A stretch of DNA of 64,000 nucleotides from a bacterium (GTDB taxonomy: Bacteria > UBA10199 > JADFYH01), in contig JAXMHI010000001.1 in the NCBI GenBank assembly GCA_046346885.1, positions 291,390 to 355,389 of the forward strand. The letters are read 5' to 3'. The translations under genes and the position numbers were made by a program. The notes below the pieces were generated by a model. It did no database searches. It was given only the letters and a program-made list of their open reading frames with translations, and had not been told where the DNA came from. How positions within the stretch are numbered: position 1 is the first letter of the stretch; every line of letters starts with the position of its first letter. Shown in pieces: positions 1 through 11,100 of the stretch.

Positions 1-932
1 ATACTCCCCTCGAACAGCGGTTGTTGGTCCAAAAAATGCTTGAGGCGGTTTTGCAAGTGGATCCCGAATTCAAGAAAGAATTGGAAGACCCGTATCCCTT
101 GGAGGCCACCCCCGAGTTTCAAATTTTCACGGCAGAAACGAAGGGGAAGGGATCTAAAAAATTCATCGAGGAATTCGACGCCTCACTCGAGGGACATGTT
201 TCAAAGCTGACCGATTACAAGATTCACGCGGAGGAGACGGTGGCAAATGCCGTTCGGGAGGTCTTCGGCCTTGCGAAAGACCAAATGAGCGATGAGGAAG
301 CCTTGGATCGGCTGATGAATCCTGCGAAAAATCCCTACCTCGCCGACACGCTCAACGTGAACACCCTTTCGAAGCTCTCCCGCTGCATGTTCCACGCCCA
401 TTACACCTTCCGCAAAAAGATTTCCCACACGGCGGACAGTCAAGACCAACGCCACCGTATGACGCCCGCCTCGAGACCCATCTTGGAGGCGCACTATACC
501 GGAGAGCCCGATTACATCGTGCCGAAACTCGTGAAGGAGCATCCCCAAATCGAGGAGCGTTATCGACAATCGATGGAAAATTCCTTCCGCGCCATCAAAG
601 AGTTGATCGATCGAGGTGCCTCCCTCGAACACGCATTGTATTTGTTGCCCAACGCCTTTCCCATCCGCTTCGAGGAATCGGGGGACCTGCTCAACCAACA
701 CCACAAGTGGCACACCCGCGCGTGTTACACGGCCCAAGAGGAGATTTTTGCCGCGACGATCGACGAGATTGCGCAGGTGTCGCAGGTTCACCCTCGCTTA
801 GGCTCGAAAGTGCTCGCCCCCTGCTATATCCGCAAGTCGGCCGGCGTGAAACCGATCTGCCCGGAGGGGGAGCGTTTTTGCGGGGTGAAGGTGTGGGAGA
901 AAAAAATCGAAGAATACGACCGAGTACTCTAG
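1..932 (+). CDS. thyX: FAD-dependent thymidylate synthase (ThyX/Thy1 family), 5'-truncated by window edge
   Basis: Frame is open from the window start. SHTADSQDQRHRMTPAS contains the ThyX RHR motif; YLLPNA, R-x-C-x-x-AQEEI and C-terminal PC...CPEG..CG are typical of long Thy1 proteins. Confidence 0.8.
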   Translation, partial: TPLEQRLLVQKMLEAVLQVDPEFKKELEDPYPLEATPEFQIFTAETKGKGSKKFIEEFDASLEGHVSKLTDYKIHAEETVANAVREVFGLAKDQMSDEEALDRLMNPAKNPYLADTLNVNTLSKLSRCMFHAHYTFRKKISHTADSQDQRHRMTPASRPILEAHYTGEPDYIVPKLVKEHPQIEERYRQSMENSFRAIKELIDRGASLEHALYLLPNAFPIRFEESGDLLNQHHKWHTRACYTAQEEIFAATIDEIAQVSQVHPRLGSKVLAPCYIRKSAGVKPICPEGERFCGVKVWEKKIEEYDRVL

Positions 933-949
933 AATTTTAAAAAACGGCC

Positions 950-989
950 AATAAAAAAGCCATCCTTCATGAAGGATGGCTTTTTTATT
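950..989. terminator. Bidirectional intrinsic terminator
   Basis: Perfect 40-bp palindrome AATAAAAAAGCCATCCTTCATGAAGGATGGCTTTTTTATT between convergent genes. Confidence 0.9.
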
Positions 990-1010
990 TTCAAGCTTTC
1001 GTGGGGCGGC

Positions 1011-1721
1011 TTATTGCCCGAACAACTTTTGCGAGCACTCTTTCGCTTTCTGAGAAAGGTTGCTGTCTTTGCTCTTCGTTAAGCTGGCAAGAGAAGTTTT
1101 CACCGTGTCGCTCTTGTCGATGCCGCCCTTATACATGAGGACCCCTCGAATGGCGTTGACGTATTGTTCGGGTTCCATGTCGGGCTTCGAAAGATAGGCG
1201 ATGGGAGAGGTGTCATAGGGTTTGAATTCTTGGTGGATTTCCGCCTTCACGAGTTTCGCGTGGCCCTTATCCTCCGTCGGCAATTCCTTTTCATATTGGT
1301 TGAATTCGACGATGCCGCCTTGCTTCAGGCCCTTCAGTTCGGAGGGGGAGAGTTCCAGCTTGATGGCGATGCCGTTCTTGTAGGTCTCTTCGGTGATGTG
1401 GTGCATCGGGTTGTTCATGACTTCGATGGGGAGGATGGTGATTTCCCATTCGCGGGTCTTGCCCAATTGTTTGAAATCCGCGACGGTGCCCCGAATGAAG
1501 TAGTCGGCGGTCATGTAGGTATAGGCCGTGGGATAAACGGAAGTCCAGCCGAGCAGTTTCTTCTGCCGTTCGGAAGGTTCGCCTTCGGGGGTTTTTGCTT
1601 TTTTAGATTTTGCGGCCACCTTCTTCTTTGCGGCATACACGTTCGGGGTGGCGACGAAACCGTTCAAGGTAAGGGACAGGGCGGCGGCCAATAAGGCGCC
1701 AAGAGTTAAACGACGAAACAT
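1011..1721 (-). CDS. Exported hypothetical protein, 236 aa
   Basis: Signal peptide MFRRLTLGALLAAALSL...VYA, Lys-rich mature start, AGGAGG RBS. Confidence 0.75.
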   Translation of the reverse strand: MFRRLTLGALLAAALSLTLNGFVATPNVYAAKKKVAAKSKKAKTPEGEPSERQKKLLGWTSVYPTAYTYMTADYFIRGTVADFKQLGKTREWEITILPIEVMNNPMHHITEETYKNGIAIKLELSPSELKGLKQGGIVEFNQYEKELPTEDKGHAKLVKAEIHQEFKPYDTSPIAYLSKPDMEPEQYVNAIRGVLMYKGGIDKSDTVKTSLASLTKSKDSNLSQKAKECSQKLFGQ

Positions 1722-1895
1722 GCTGTGTTACCTCCTAAAAAATACGGTTCATGGAACCTGTTGAAAAAATTTTTATTAATGAAAGGGACATCGATCTACC
1801 ACAGGAAAAAAGGGCTGACAAGAGGAGCTTCCTTTCGTCTCTCTTCCCGTCGCGGCCGAGGATACTATCGAGTTTTCGAAAGGAAGGTTGTGCCT

Positions 1896-2225
1896 TTATT
1901 CCCTTTTCTTTCCCTCAAAGAGAAGCAACCGGTCGACCACCTTGCCCCGCTCAAGATGTTCGTCGAGGATCTGCCGGGCGTCTTCCACCGTGGGCACATG
2001 ATACCAGGTTCCTTCGGGATAAATCACGAGGGTCGGGCCTTTGGCGCATTGGTCGAGACAGCCGGCCGCATTGGCCCGCATACGGCCTTTCAATCCACGC
2101 TTTTTAAGCTCGCTCTTGAAGAATTCCCGAATTTCCTCCGAGCCTTTCGAGGCGCAACAACCGCGGGGGTCGGAGGCGTCCCGGCGGTTCGTGCAGATGA
2201 AAAGATGTTTTTCGAAGGGGGACAT
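1896..2225 (-). CDS. Thioredoxin-like [2Fe-2S] ferredoxin
   Basis: HLFICTNRR...GCC...RANAAGCLDQCAKGPTLVIYPEGTWY pattern. Start moved to ATG 2225 (MSPFEKH). Confidence 0.9.
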   Translation of the reverse strand: MSPFEKHLFICTNRRDASDPRGCCASKGSEEIREFFKSELKKRGLKGRMRANAAGCLDQCAKGPTLVIYPEGTWYHVPTVEDARQILDEHLERGKVVDRLLLFEGKKRE

Positions 2226-2318
2226 CGGAGTCTCTTTCATTTTGTTTATCATAATCCCTTTCCGCGAAACAAGTAAGGGGGTGGATAAGGTTTTCCATTT
2301 ACGGTAAGACGAGAAGTC

Positions 2319-3053
2319 ATGAAACTCAAAGATTCCGTCATCTTGGTCACCGGGGCCGCCCGACGCGTCGGGCGGGCGACGGCGCTCGCCTTGGCCCGCG
2401 GGGGGGCTTGTTTGATTCTTCATTATCACCGCTCAAAGCGGGAGGTCCTTTCCCTGCAAAAGGAAATCGCCGCGATCGGCGGTAAATCCCATTGTGTTTC
2501 CGCGGATCTATCCCGCCTTGCCGAGGTGGAGAAGTTGGTGCGTCGCGCTTACCGCTTCGAGAACCGAATCGACGTGCTCGTGAACAACGCCTCCCTTTTC
2601 TACCCGACTCCCCTCGGCAAGGCCAGCTCCGAAGAATGGGACGAGCTTTTTGACGTCAACGCCAAGGCCCCGTTTTTCTTAAGCCAAGCGATCGGCGAGA
2701 AAATGAAGCTTCGAAAACGCGGCAAAATTATTCATTTGGGCGATGTGGCGGCGCTTAAGCCTTATCCCGGTTATCTTCCCTACTCGGCTTCGAAAGCCGC
2801 CTTGGTTTCCTTGACGCAAGGGCTGGCGAAGGCCTTGGCGCCGCACGTGACGGTGAACGCGATTTTGCCGGGGGCGGTGATGTTGCCGGAGAGTTACGGG
2901 GTGCGGGAGAAAAAAAGAATTTTACGGAAGATTCCGCTTCGAAAAATCGGCTCTCCCGAAGATGTCGCGCAAGCAGTGAGATTTCTCATCGAAGGGGGAG
3001 ATTACATCACCGGAGCGCTCCTTCCCGTGGACGGGGGGTATTCTCTCCTCTAA
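2319..3053 (+). CDS. Pteridine reductase / FolM-like short-chain dehydrogenase
   Basis: TGAARRVG cofactor motif, NNAS, YSASK catalytic motif; adjacent to folB. Confidence 0.85.
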   Translation: MKLKDSVILVTGAARRVGRATALALARGGACLILHYHRSKREVLSLQKEIAAIGGKSHCVSADLSRLAEVEKLVRRAYRFENRIDVLVNNASLFYPTPLGKASSEEWDELFDVNAKAPFFLSQAIGEKMKLRKRGKIIHLGDVAALKPYPGYLPYSASKAALVSLTQGLAKALAPHVTVNAILPGAVMLPESYGVREKKRILRKIPLRKIGSPEDVAQAVRFLIEGGDYITGALLPVDGGYSLL

Positions 3054-3421
3054 ACTTTTCTTTCACGGTAGAGTTCCACGCCAACCCCCTCCGTTTTTTC
3101 CACCACTTTTCCTTTGAAGACGCGCACGAGAACGGCTTCCACTTCGAATTCCCTCAAAATCAGGGCGGCGGTCGATTCGGCGAGGGCTTCCAAGAGTAAA
3201 AATCGGCTTTCTTCCGCGAAAAGTTGAATTCTCTCCGCGACTTGTTGGTAGTCGACCGTTTGCGAGAGGTCGTCCGCCTCGGCAGCCTTCGAGAGGTCTT
3301 TGAAAAGTTCCACGTCGAAGGTGATCGTTTGCAGAGTAATCCGTTCTTGTGGATGAACGCCGACGATGCAGTTCGCCCGCAAAGACCGTATGTAAATTTT
3401 ATCGCGAAGAGAAGAATTCAC
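3050..3421 (-). CDS. folB: Dihydroneopterin aldolase
   Basis: IVGVHPQER...Q.I.FDVEL...DDLSQTVDY..V and LLEALAE motifs. Confidence 0.92.
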   Translation of the reverse strand: MNSSLRDKIYIRSLRANCIVGVHPQERITLQTITFDVELFKDLSKAAEADDLSQTVDYQQVAERIQLFAEESRFLLLEALAESTAALILREFEVEAVLVRVFKGKVVEKTEGVGVELYRERKV

Positions 3422-3464
3422 GGGAGACGAGGCTTTCCGAAACGAGGGAGGCTGTCAATCGGAT

Positions 3465-5045
3465 TTATGGGTGTTGGTCCTGATTCTCCTGGCCTTGCTC
3501 TTCTTGGGAAGAGTGCTGCTGGTGGGAGGAAGAGTTCTGGTTTTGAGAGTTTCCGGAAGAGTTCCCATTGGAATGGGAGTCATTGGGGTTGTCCGAATGG
3601 CTCTCGGCGGCGCTCGTAATGGCGGAAGTGGCCGTATGCTGGGCCAACTGCGAGAGGGAAGCCGTTGCAAAAGCGCCGCCCATCGTACCGAAGCTTAAGG
3701 CCGCGGTACCGACGCCCGCTTGCAAGGAGGCCGCCGCGAGGAGGAAAGGCGAAACGCTCAAGATTGCGTCCCCATAAACAGCGGGAATCCCTAAGGCCGT
3801 CATGGCCCGCGAAAAGGCGTGTTGCAAGGGAGCGGGAAGGGGAATCCCGCCCTGCAAAGGAAGAACGGTCAGCGTTTCACGGAAAAAACCTTCAGGAAAC
3901 GATTCGATGAAACTGCGGATCGTTTCTCCCCGCTCCGAGCTCAAGGAGGCTCCGTCATGGGCATTCGACGGGCCGTCCGCCGTCGGCTCCGCCCCGGAAG
4001 ACGAATTGGAAGAGGTCACCCCGTTTTGGTTCGGAGGGTTCATTTGGAAAATCGGAAGTAGGTAAGGGGGATATCCCGAAGACGAAGAAGCGGACGGCGG
4101 TAAAAACAGAAGCGATTCTTGAATCGGAAGCAAACCCGGAAGGGACGCCATCTGAGGGGAAATCAAGCGGGCCGCTTCGTAAGGGATCGCCGCTAGGGGG
4201 TTTAAAAGTTCCGCACCTTGAATGGCCGACCGAAGAGCCACTTGGGCGAGGGCCGATGCCGTCACCGGGGAATTCGTCGTTAAATTATTTCCCGAAGCTG
4301 GGGACGGTGCGCCTCCCGAAGGGATCGGTGCGGATGCTGCGCCTCCTGCCGCGGCGCCGGAAGCCATGGCCCGGACAATTTGGGCTTGCACGTCTGCGTT
4401 CGCATTTTGTCCCGCTTGGGTGAGTAAGTCGCGGTTTTGAGAATCGCTCGCGAGCGCGACGATCAAACCCTGACGGATCGCTTGATCCGAGGAGTTTTGA
4501 TCGGGTTGCGAAAGGTAATAATTCAAGCTTAAGGCCAAGGCTTGGCGGTGGATCTCTTGGCGCGGGGCCACTCGCACGGCTACTGCGTGAATTACCGCAT
4601 CGAGGCGGGTGTTAAGAAAGCTTTGGTTGAAGAACGGATTGTTTTCGACTTCCTCGCGCGAAGGTAGATTCCCTTGGCTTAATTCCTGGGCTAACTCACG
4701 GGCTTGGGAGGGGACGATTTCGCCGTTTCGCTCCATTTCCTCCACTACCGATTGTAAGGTGGAGCCCAAGGTGACCGCGGCCCGGCGGTCGCTTAAGTTT
4801 GTCGCGGGACGTGCCGAAAATACATGAGTCGGGCTGCGGGTTAAGGAAATCGGGCGGGCGTATGAACGCTGAGCGACCGGGTCTTCGACGTATTCGACGT
4901 CGGCCGTACGCGAAATGACGACAACTTGGGATTCATCGGTAGAAGATAAAGCGGGCGGGTTTTCGGAGGAGCAAACGGGGGCTTCCAGGTAATCTTCCGC
5001 CCGTGAGACGAGATCTTGATTTTCAAGCTTTTGCGGACCCGACAT
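3465..5045 (-). CDS. Hypothetical protein, 526 aa, Ser/Pro/Ala-rich with S/N/Q/E-rich tail
   Basis: Long ORF with GAGGGG RBS; no signal peptide; low-complexity linkers and tail. Confidence 0.75.
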   Translation of the reverse strand: MSGPQKLENQDLVSRAEDYLEAPVCSSENPPALSSTDESQVVVISRTADVEYVEDPVAQRSYARPISLTRSPTHVFSARPATNLSDRRAAVTLGSTLQSVVEEMERNGEIVPSQARELAQELSQGNLPSREEVENNPFFNQSFLNTRLDAVIHAVAVRVAPRQEIHRQALALSLNYYLSQPDQNSSDQAIRQGLIVALASDSQNRDLLTQAGQNANADVQAQIVRAMASGAAAGGAASAPIPSGGAPSPASGNNLTTNSPVTASALAQVALRSAIQGAELLNPLAAIPYEAARLISPQMASLPGLLPIQESLLFLPPSASSSSGYPPYLLPIFQMNPPNQNGVTSSNSSSGAEPTADGPSNAHDGASLSSERGETIRSFIESFPEGFFRETLTVLPLQGGIPLPAPLQHAFSRAMTALGIPAVYGDAILSVSPFLLAAASLQAGVGTAALSFGTMGGAFATASLSQLAQHTATSAITSAAESHSDNPNDSHSNGNSSGNSQNQNSSSHQQHSSQEEQGQENQDQHP

Positions 5046-5144
5046 TGCAACCCCTCAAGATAATTCACAAAATCAGGTGGATTGCCCCCAATCCGAACCT
5101 ACATTAGGGATTATCGTAACAAAAAGGGGAGTTGTTGTGGATTT

Positions 5145-8100
5145 TTATCGGGGTGGCTCCTCCGAAGAACCATTTTCCGCTGTCGTCGCATTTTGGGAGG
5201 GGGCTTCGGCCCTTGCGATCTGCTCTAACATGTCCACAATTCCTCGAAATTGCGAGATATTTTGTAAGATCTGGTTTCTGGCGGCGGTGTGCTCGTTCAG
5301 CAAGGTTCGCAGACCTTGCGACAAGGAGGAAAGCGCCTCTTGCGGGTTTTGAAGCATCTGGATGGCGGCGGTGCGAAGGAGGTTCGTCAGGGCCACTTCC
5401 GATTCTACCCTCGAGCGGATGCGAACGTAGGCCCGGGTGAGCGCCTGGAGATTGGCCATCGACCCTTGTTCCACCGCCCTTCGCGCCTCGACGACGCGGG
5501 GATCTTCGTTTACCTGTCGGCATTCGAAGGCAACGAGACGTTGAATTTCTGCCACTTCCCGTTGGTCCGTTTCCGAAGTTTCATCGGTCGACCAAGTAAG
5601 GCGGCTTCGCGCCGCCACTACCCTGGGGTCTTGATCGGGGTTTTCTAGGGTCTGAACGATTTGCAGGTAGAAAGCGCGGGTGGCGATTTCCCTTTCCCGG
5701 ATCACCGTACCGAAAAGTTGGTCGGCGGGAACCACCGCCCGGATCGACCCGACCCGCTGGGCCCGGTCGGTGCTGTGGGTTTTGTTGAAGGTGACCGCGC
5801 GCCTTCCGACGACGGTCGAATAGATGCCGGGGCGATCTCCTATTAATTCGTTCTGGACGTTCCCGATTGCGATCGTCAGCTGTTTTTCCAAGGCCTCACG
5901 GTTTTGGTCGTTCGCTCCTTCCAAGGCCCGGCGGGCTTGTTGGACACGGGGATCGTTCTCAATATTGGCTTGAATGGCTTCCACTTCGTCCCGCACGTCG
6001 CTGCGCTCGACGATGTTGGCGTTTAGGTCACCGCCGACCACTTGCACCTTCGTGCCCGTCACGGCGACGATGCGGTGCTGCTCGATGGCTTCCACCTGGC
6101 GGATTTGTTGGCTGACCACCACCATGGAGCCGCCCACCAGGTTCCCCAAGTTGACGAGCACGATGGGGCCACGGTGCAAGGTCATGGACCGGGCGATCTG
6201 GGCGCCGCCGTCGGAGAGTTGTCGCATGAGCATCGAAAGGGGGTCCGCGTTGAATCCGGAGAAACTGCCCAAAACAAGGACGGGCATTCGGCCGTCCGCC
6301 TTCCGCAGGGCTTGTGCGAAAATTCGCGAATCCGTGGGGGTCAAGGGTCCGATCGGCGGGGCGATAACCAAAGTGGGTACGCCGTTGATTTGTTCTTCCA
6401 CGACTCGGATGCTGGGTTGCTGGCTGGCGACTCCGCTGGCCCGCTTTTCATCCCCGTTCACCGTGGGCCATCTGTCTCGAGTGATGCCCTTGAAGAGATC
6501 GGTCAGATGTCTCCAGAAAGGCAGCGCAGGCGGCGATTCGGGATCGCGAAACGCCTCGATAATCGCGTCGATGTCACCTTTTCCGCCGTTCACGATCGTT
6601 CGAATTTCGTCGCCGACGGTGCGGCCTTTCTGGGTCTCTATCGATAAAATGTCTCGCTCCGAGGTGTTCTCCGCTCCGATGGGGCGGGGCGTGACGAATT
6701 GCCCCCGGGAGGTGTAGCTGTAATAATGGTGCAAATTCAACATATCCAAGGCTTCTTGGAGGTTCTTAGCGCGCAAGATTCCTTCCCCATTCAACCCATG
6801 GATCTCGTCGTAACCGGCGAGAGAAAGAGGGCCGTTGGGGTACCATTGCCGGGACCGGAGGGGGATATCGAGGAAGTGCAACTTGCTTAAGATGGCGACG
6901 GTTTGGGCGTCAGGACCCGTGAGCGGGGTAGAGCCCCGATCGGTGTAGATGTTGATGCCGCCCGTATCCATGATCATATTGGCGAGCGCGATCCAGTAGG
7001 CCATGCCGCCGATGTTGACGTTGTCGATGATTGTGTTGATGCGGACGCCGTGCGTATGGGCGTTGAGGATGATCTCGCGGGCCGTCGAGGCGATGGCGTC
7101 CAGGTTTTCGGAGCCCGTTTCCAGCGCGATCTTTGCGCCGTAAGAGGAAGCGACCCAGTCGATGTCGATGCCTTCCCGTCGCGCGAGTTTGATCGCCGCG
7201 TTGACGCGGCCGCATTCCTCGGCTGATAAAGAGCCCCGGTTGGCGCCTAAATCTCCCACGATCACCACTCGTCGTGCTTTTTCCCCGTTGAAAAGGTTCG
7301 ACTCGCCGATTCCGATCATCACCGCCGCCCGGTTGCCTCCGGCGGGGCGCGAGACGGGTTTTAACCGGGCCTGGTTGTAATCCAATTGTCCGGATTGATC
7401 TTTCCTCATCGAGGCGGGATCCAAGTCGTATTCCACGAAGGTCGTCGGGTCGTAAGAATCGATCGGCGGAGGGATCGTGGAAACGGAAGGCCTTTCCCCA
7501 TTTACTTCCTTCGGACTGGAAGAGGAGGAGGGAGGAGCGATATTAAAACGTTCCCTAAACCGAGTCGCCACGTCCCTCAATATTTCGGGGATCCGGTAAG
7601 CCCAGGTGCCGAAGCGGCTGAGGGCCTTGAGCTCCTTGCGCTCGACCGGCGTGGCGGTGCGGATCGGGATATCCGCGGGAGACCATTGGTTCGGCTCGAA
7701 GACCGTTTCGTTGTTCTCCACCCATCGGTCGTATTGACCATTTTTCAAAAGCACGTCGCGTTCCGCCACGGGCCCGTTCGCCGCTTCGCGGACTTGGGCG
7801 CGCACCACGTTGTCCAGAGTCGCCACGTAACGGTAGGTGGTCGGATTGGTGATGCGGACCAGCACGGTTCGATAGCCTTCATCGCGGCTTAGGTCCCGCA
7901 ATCGGGCCTTCACCACCACTTTTTCAAGGCCCAGTCCCAAGAGACGGTCGTGGTGCCGGACGGCCAGTTGTTCCGCATAATGGACGGCTTCCGCGTCGGT
8001 GACGTCGAGGATCGGTTGGATATTGAGGAACATCCGGTTCCAGCTGGGACGGTCTTTCTTGTCCCGCGCTTTCAATGAGCGCCCCATCGATTCGGCCAGG

Positions 8101-11100
8101 TTTAAAAATCCTTGCTCTACTTCCGGGATCTCGAGGGTCCCGTTGCGGTCCACTTGGGCCAATGGAACGAGCGCGTTTCCGAAAAGGCGGAAATCTCGAA
8201 GCTCTCTTTCCACCTTGCTTCTCGTGTCGTCTAAAGTCCTTTGGGCCTTCGACCGTTGCGCGTCGTTGGAAGTTTCGACCGCTTCCCGCGCCTTCACGAC
8301 GGACGGGTGCTTTTCGACTTGCGCCCGCAAGGCGGGAGTGACTCTTTCACGACCGTAATAAAGGTGGGAGAAACGGTTTGAGTTTTCCAGGTCGTGTTCG
8401 ATGTCGAAATTGTTCATCCTCCGCATTTCGATCAGATGGGCGAGCATGGGATGCAAGTCGCGGAAGCGGGTATCTTCGACGAAAGGCCCGGTGCGCTGGT
8501 TTTCGGCGTCGGGGGCCCGACGGAAGGTGAAATAATGGGGATAGTCACCCGGTTGGTCCACGATAAAGGTGACCCGCTTCAAATTGATCCCGTGATCGTT
8601 CCCCCTCAGGGCGATTTCGAGTGAAAGCCGCATGAATTCCGAATAGGCCGAGTCGGTGCTGAAATCTTCTTCTTCGACTGCCCCCCGGCTTTTTACGAGC
8701 TCGGCCATCAAGCGGGCGATGCGGTTTACGGTGGATCGCTCTCCTTCCTCCGTTTCCCGTTGCATCCGGCGCAATTGAGCCATCGCTTGGGCGAGATCTT
8801 CCGAGGAAGGGCGCCGGACGATTAATTGAATGACGTTATCCCGCGTTTCGGGCCCGCCTTCCTGCAAGCGGCGCAATTGGGCCACCGCTTCGCATAAGGT
8901 CCCCAAATAATCCGTGGGGGAAGAAGCGTTGGAACGGATCATGCGCCGGTCGAAACTCTCCCCGTTCTCCCGAGTCTCCGTGAAATGAGCCGCCGAAGGG
9001 GGAGGGTCTTGCGCATCCGTGGCTTGGCGAAGTTTGGCGGTTTGGGAAGGGATCGGATCTAAAACGGCGTATTGCCCCAATTCATGCCGACGGCTGAAGC
9101 CTTCGATTTCTCGTGTCGCCATCATCTCGCCCAACAAGGCTCTCTCACCGGGGTGGGGGTTGTCGCGAATCAAATCCAACAAGCGGGCCACCATCGACAC
9201 CGGCGTCGAGCCGATTTCTTCTACCGCCCGTTGCCGGATGGGGTTGTCGAGCGGCAGCCCGCTCAAATTGCGAAAGATGCGAAGAATCTGCTCCCGCGAG
9301 CGTTTCTGGATATGCTCGGGCGATTGTCGTCCCGTCAGTTCATAGAGCGCCAAAATTTGTTGGGCCGGGCTTTCCATTGCCTGGTCGGGCGAGACGGAAA
9401 GGAGGATGTCTCCCTGCCGGTCACGGATCTCCACGGCCGTTTGGGATCGGGTAGGGGTCAGTTTCACATTGAGGAAGGTCACGAGCCGGGAGGCGCCGAC
9501 CGGCGGTTTCTCTCCTTCCCCGGAAGTTCTGGGAGAACTGAAAAGGTCCATTTCGTTGCCGTCTTTTGAACGCTGAAAGTAAGGGTCTCCCGACTTGAGC
9601 GACGTTAAGCCTTCCAAACTGCCGTTTCGAAGGGCGAATACGCGAGTTTTTTCGATGACGTCCCCTGACGCGGAAAACGCCATGTCATAGGCTAAGGGAG
9701 TTTCACGGGCACTCTGTTTCTCGATGGGAGATCCCGTCTCGCGGGTGGAAATGAGCGCCTGATGTTGGAGGAAAATCCTCCGGGGGCGATTGTTTTCGAA
9801 AAGCACCACTTGCCGGAGATCGCCGTTGGCGTCGGACTGGGCCCAAACGCTTCGATTATTGGCGGAAGGGGCCTGTTGCTTCGCTTCTTCCCCTTGCTCT
9901 TCGCCGTAACCCAACGAACTTCGTGCGTCGGGGTTTTGTCTGAAAAATTCCGCGAGAGGGCCTTGCAGGCGTAGGCCCTCCTCCGACTCTTGCCCTTGAA
10001 GCAAGCGGCTTAAGGCGTCTTGAATCGCTTGGGCCCTTTCCCGTTCGAAGGCCTCGCGTCCTCCCACTTCGAGATAAATGGGCACGCCTTCGGGGCCGGA
10101 AAAAACCGTCGGAGCCCGGTAGGGGAAACGGCTTAAGTCTTCCCCTCCCAACTGGTTCCATTGTTTCACGGTATTGTTGTCGTAGTTAGCGTGGAGAGCC
10201 GCCTGCGTTTTCACCAAGCGGCGATTTTGTTCCAAGTCGGTCTTGAGCCCCACTCCGCCTTCGATTCGAGTCCGGTCGAGCACTTCCCCCATGCGCTGCA
10301 TGGCTTCCCTGCGGGTGGCTCCGGTGACGAGGATCTTCGCGAATAAGGCGTTCGTATTGGGGTTGGGCGTGTCGCCTTCGATATAGGTCGGTTCGATGAA
10401 GATCCCCTGCGACGCGAGGCTTTCGAAGTCGGTGGTCCCCATCACGGTGAATTTGGTGATGAGCGCCGCGCCGGGGACGGTGATGCGCACTTCCACCGCC
10501 GCCCCTTGAAGGGTGACGTCGCTTTGGTGGATCGAGAGAGGGAGACCTCGGGAGATGCGCACTTGCTCATGGATAATGTCCACGCCCGAAACGAGCTCGG
10601 TTACCCGGTGTTCCACTTGGATGCGCGCATTGACTTCCAGTGCGTAGAAGGTGCCCGTATCCGGGTTCACCATAAATTCCACCGTACCGTGGCCGGTGTA
10701 GTTCACCGATTGGGCGGCCTTGATTGCCGCGTCCTGCATTTTTTCGCGCAATCCGGGGATCCGATTGAAGACCTCGGCGGGATGGATCTCGACGAGCTTC
10801 GCCCCTTCCCGTTGGAGGGTGCATTCGCGCTCGCCTAAGTGGATTACGTTTCCGAAACGGTCGGCTAAGATTTGGAATTCCACATGGTGAAATCTTGGAA
10901 CGTATTCCTCGGCCAGGATGGCGGGATTCCCGAATGCTTTCAAGGCCTGCTGGGAAAGCGTCCCGAATCGGGCGCGGGCTTCGGCCGCGTTCTGTACGGT
11001 CGCCTGCCCCATACCGCTGCCGCCTTCTTCCGCTTTCAGGCGGATCGGGTAGCGTAGCCCTTGCTCTTCGATGGCGTCCATCAAGCGGTCGACGTCGGTG

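Noticed and set aside
1-3421. thyX/pteridine reductase/folB grouping as a novel pathway
   Set aside because: Ordinary folate and thymidylate genes on mixed strands, with nothing unexplained.
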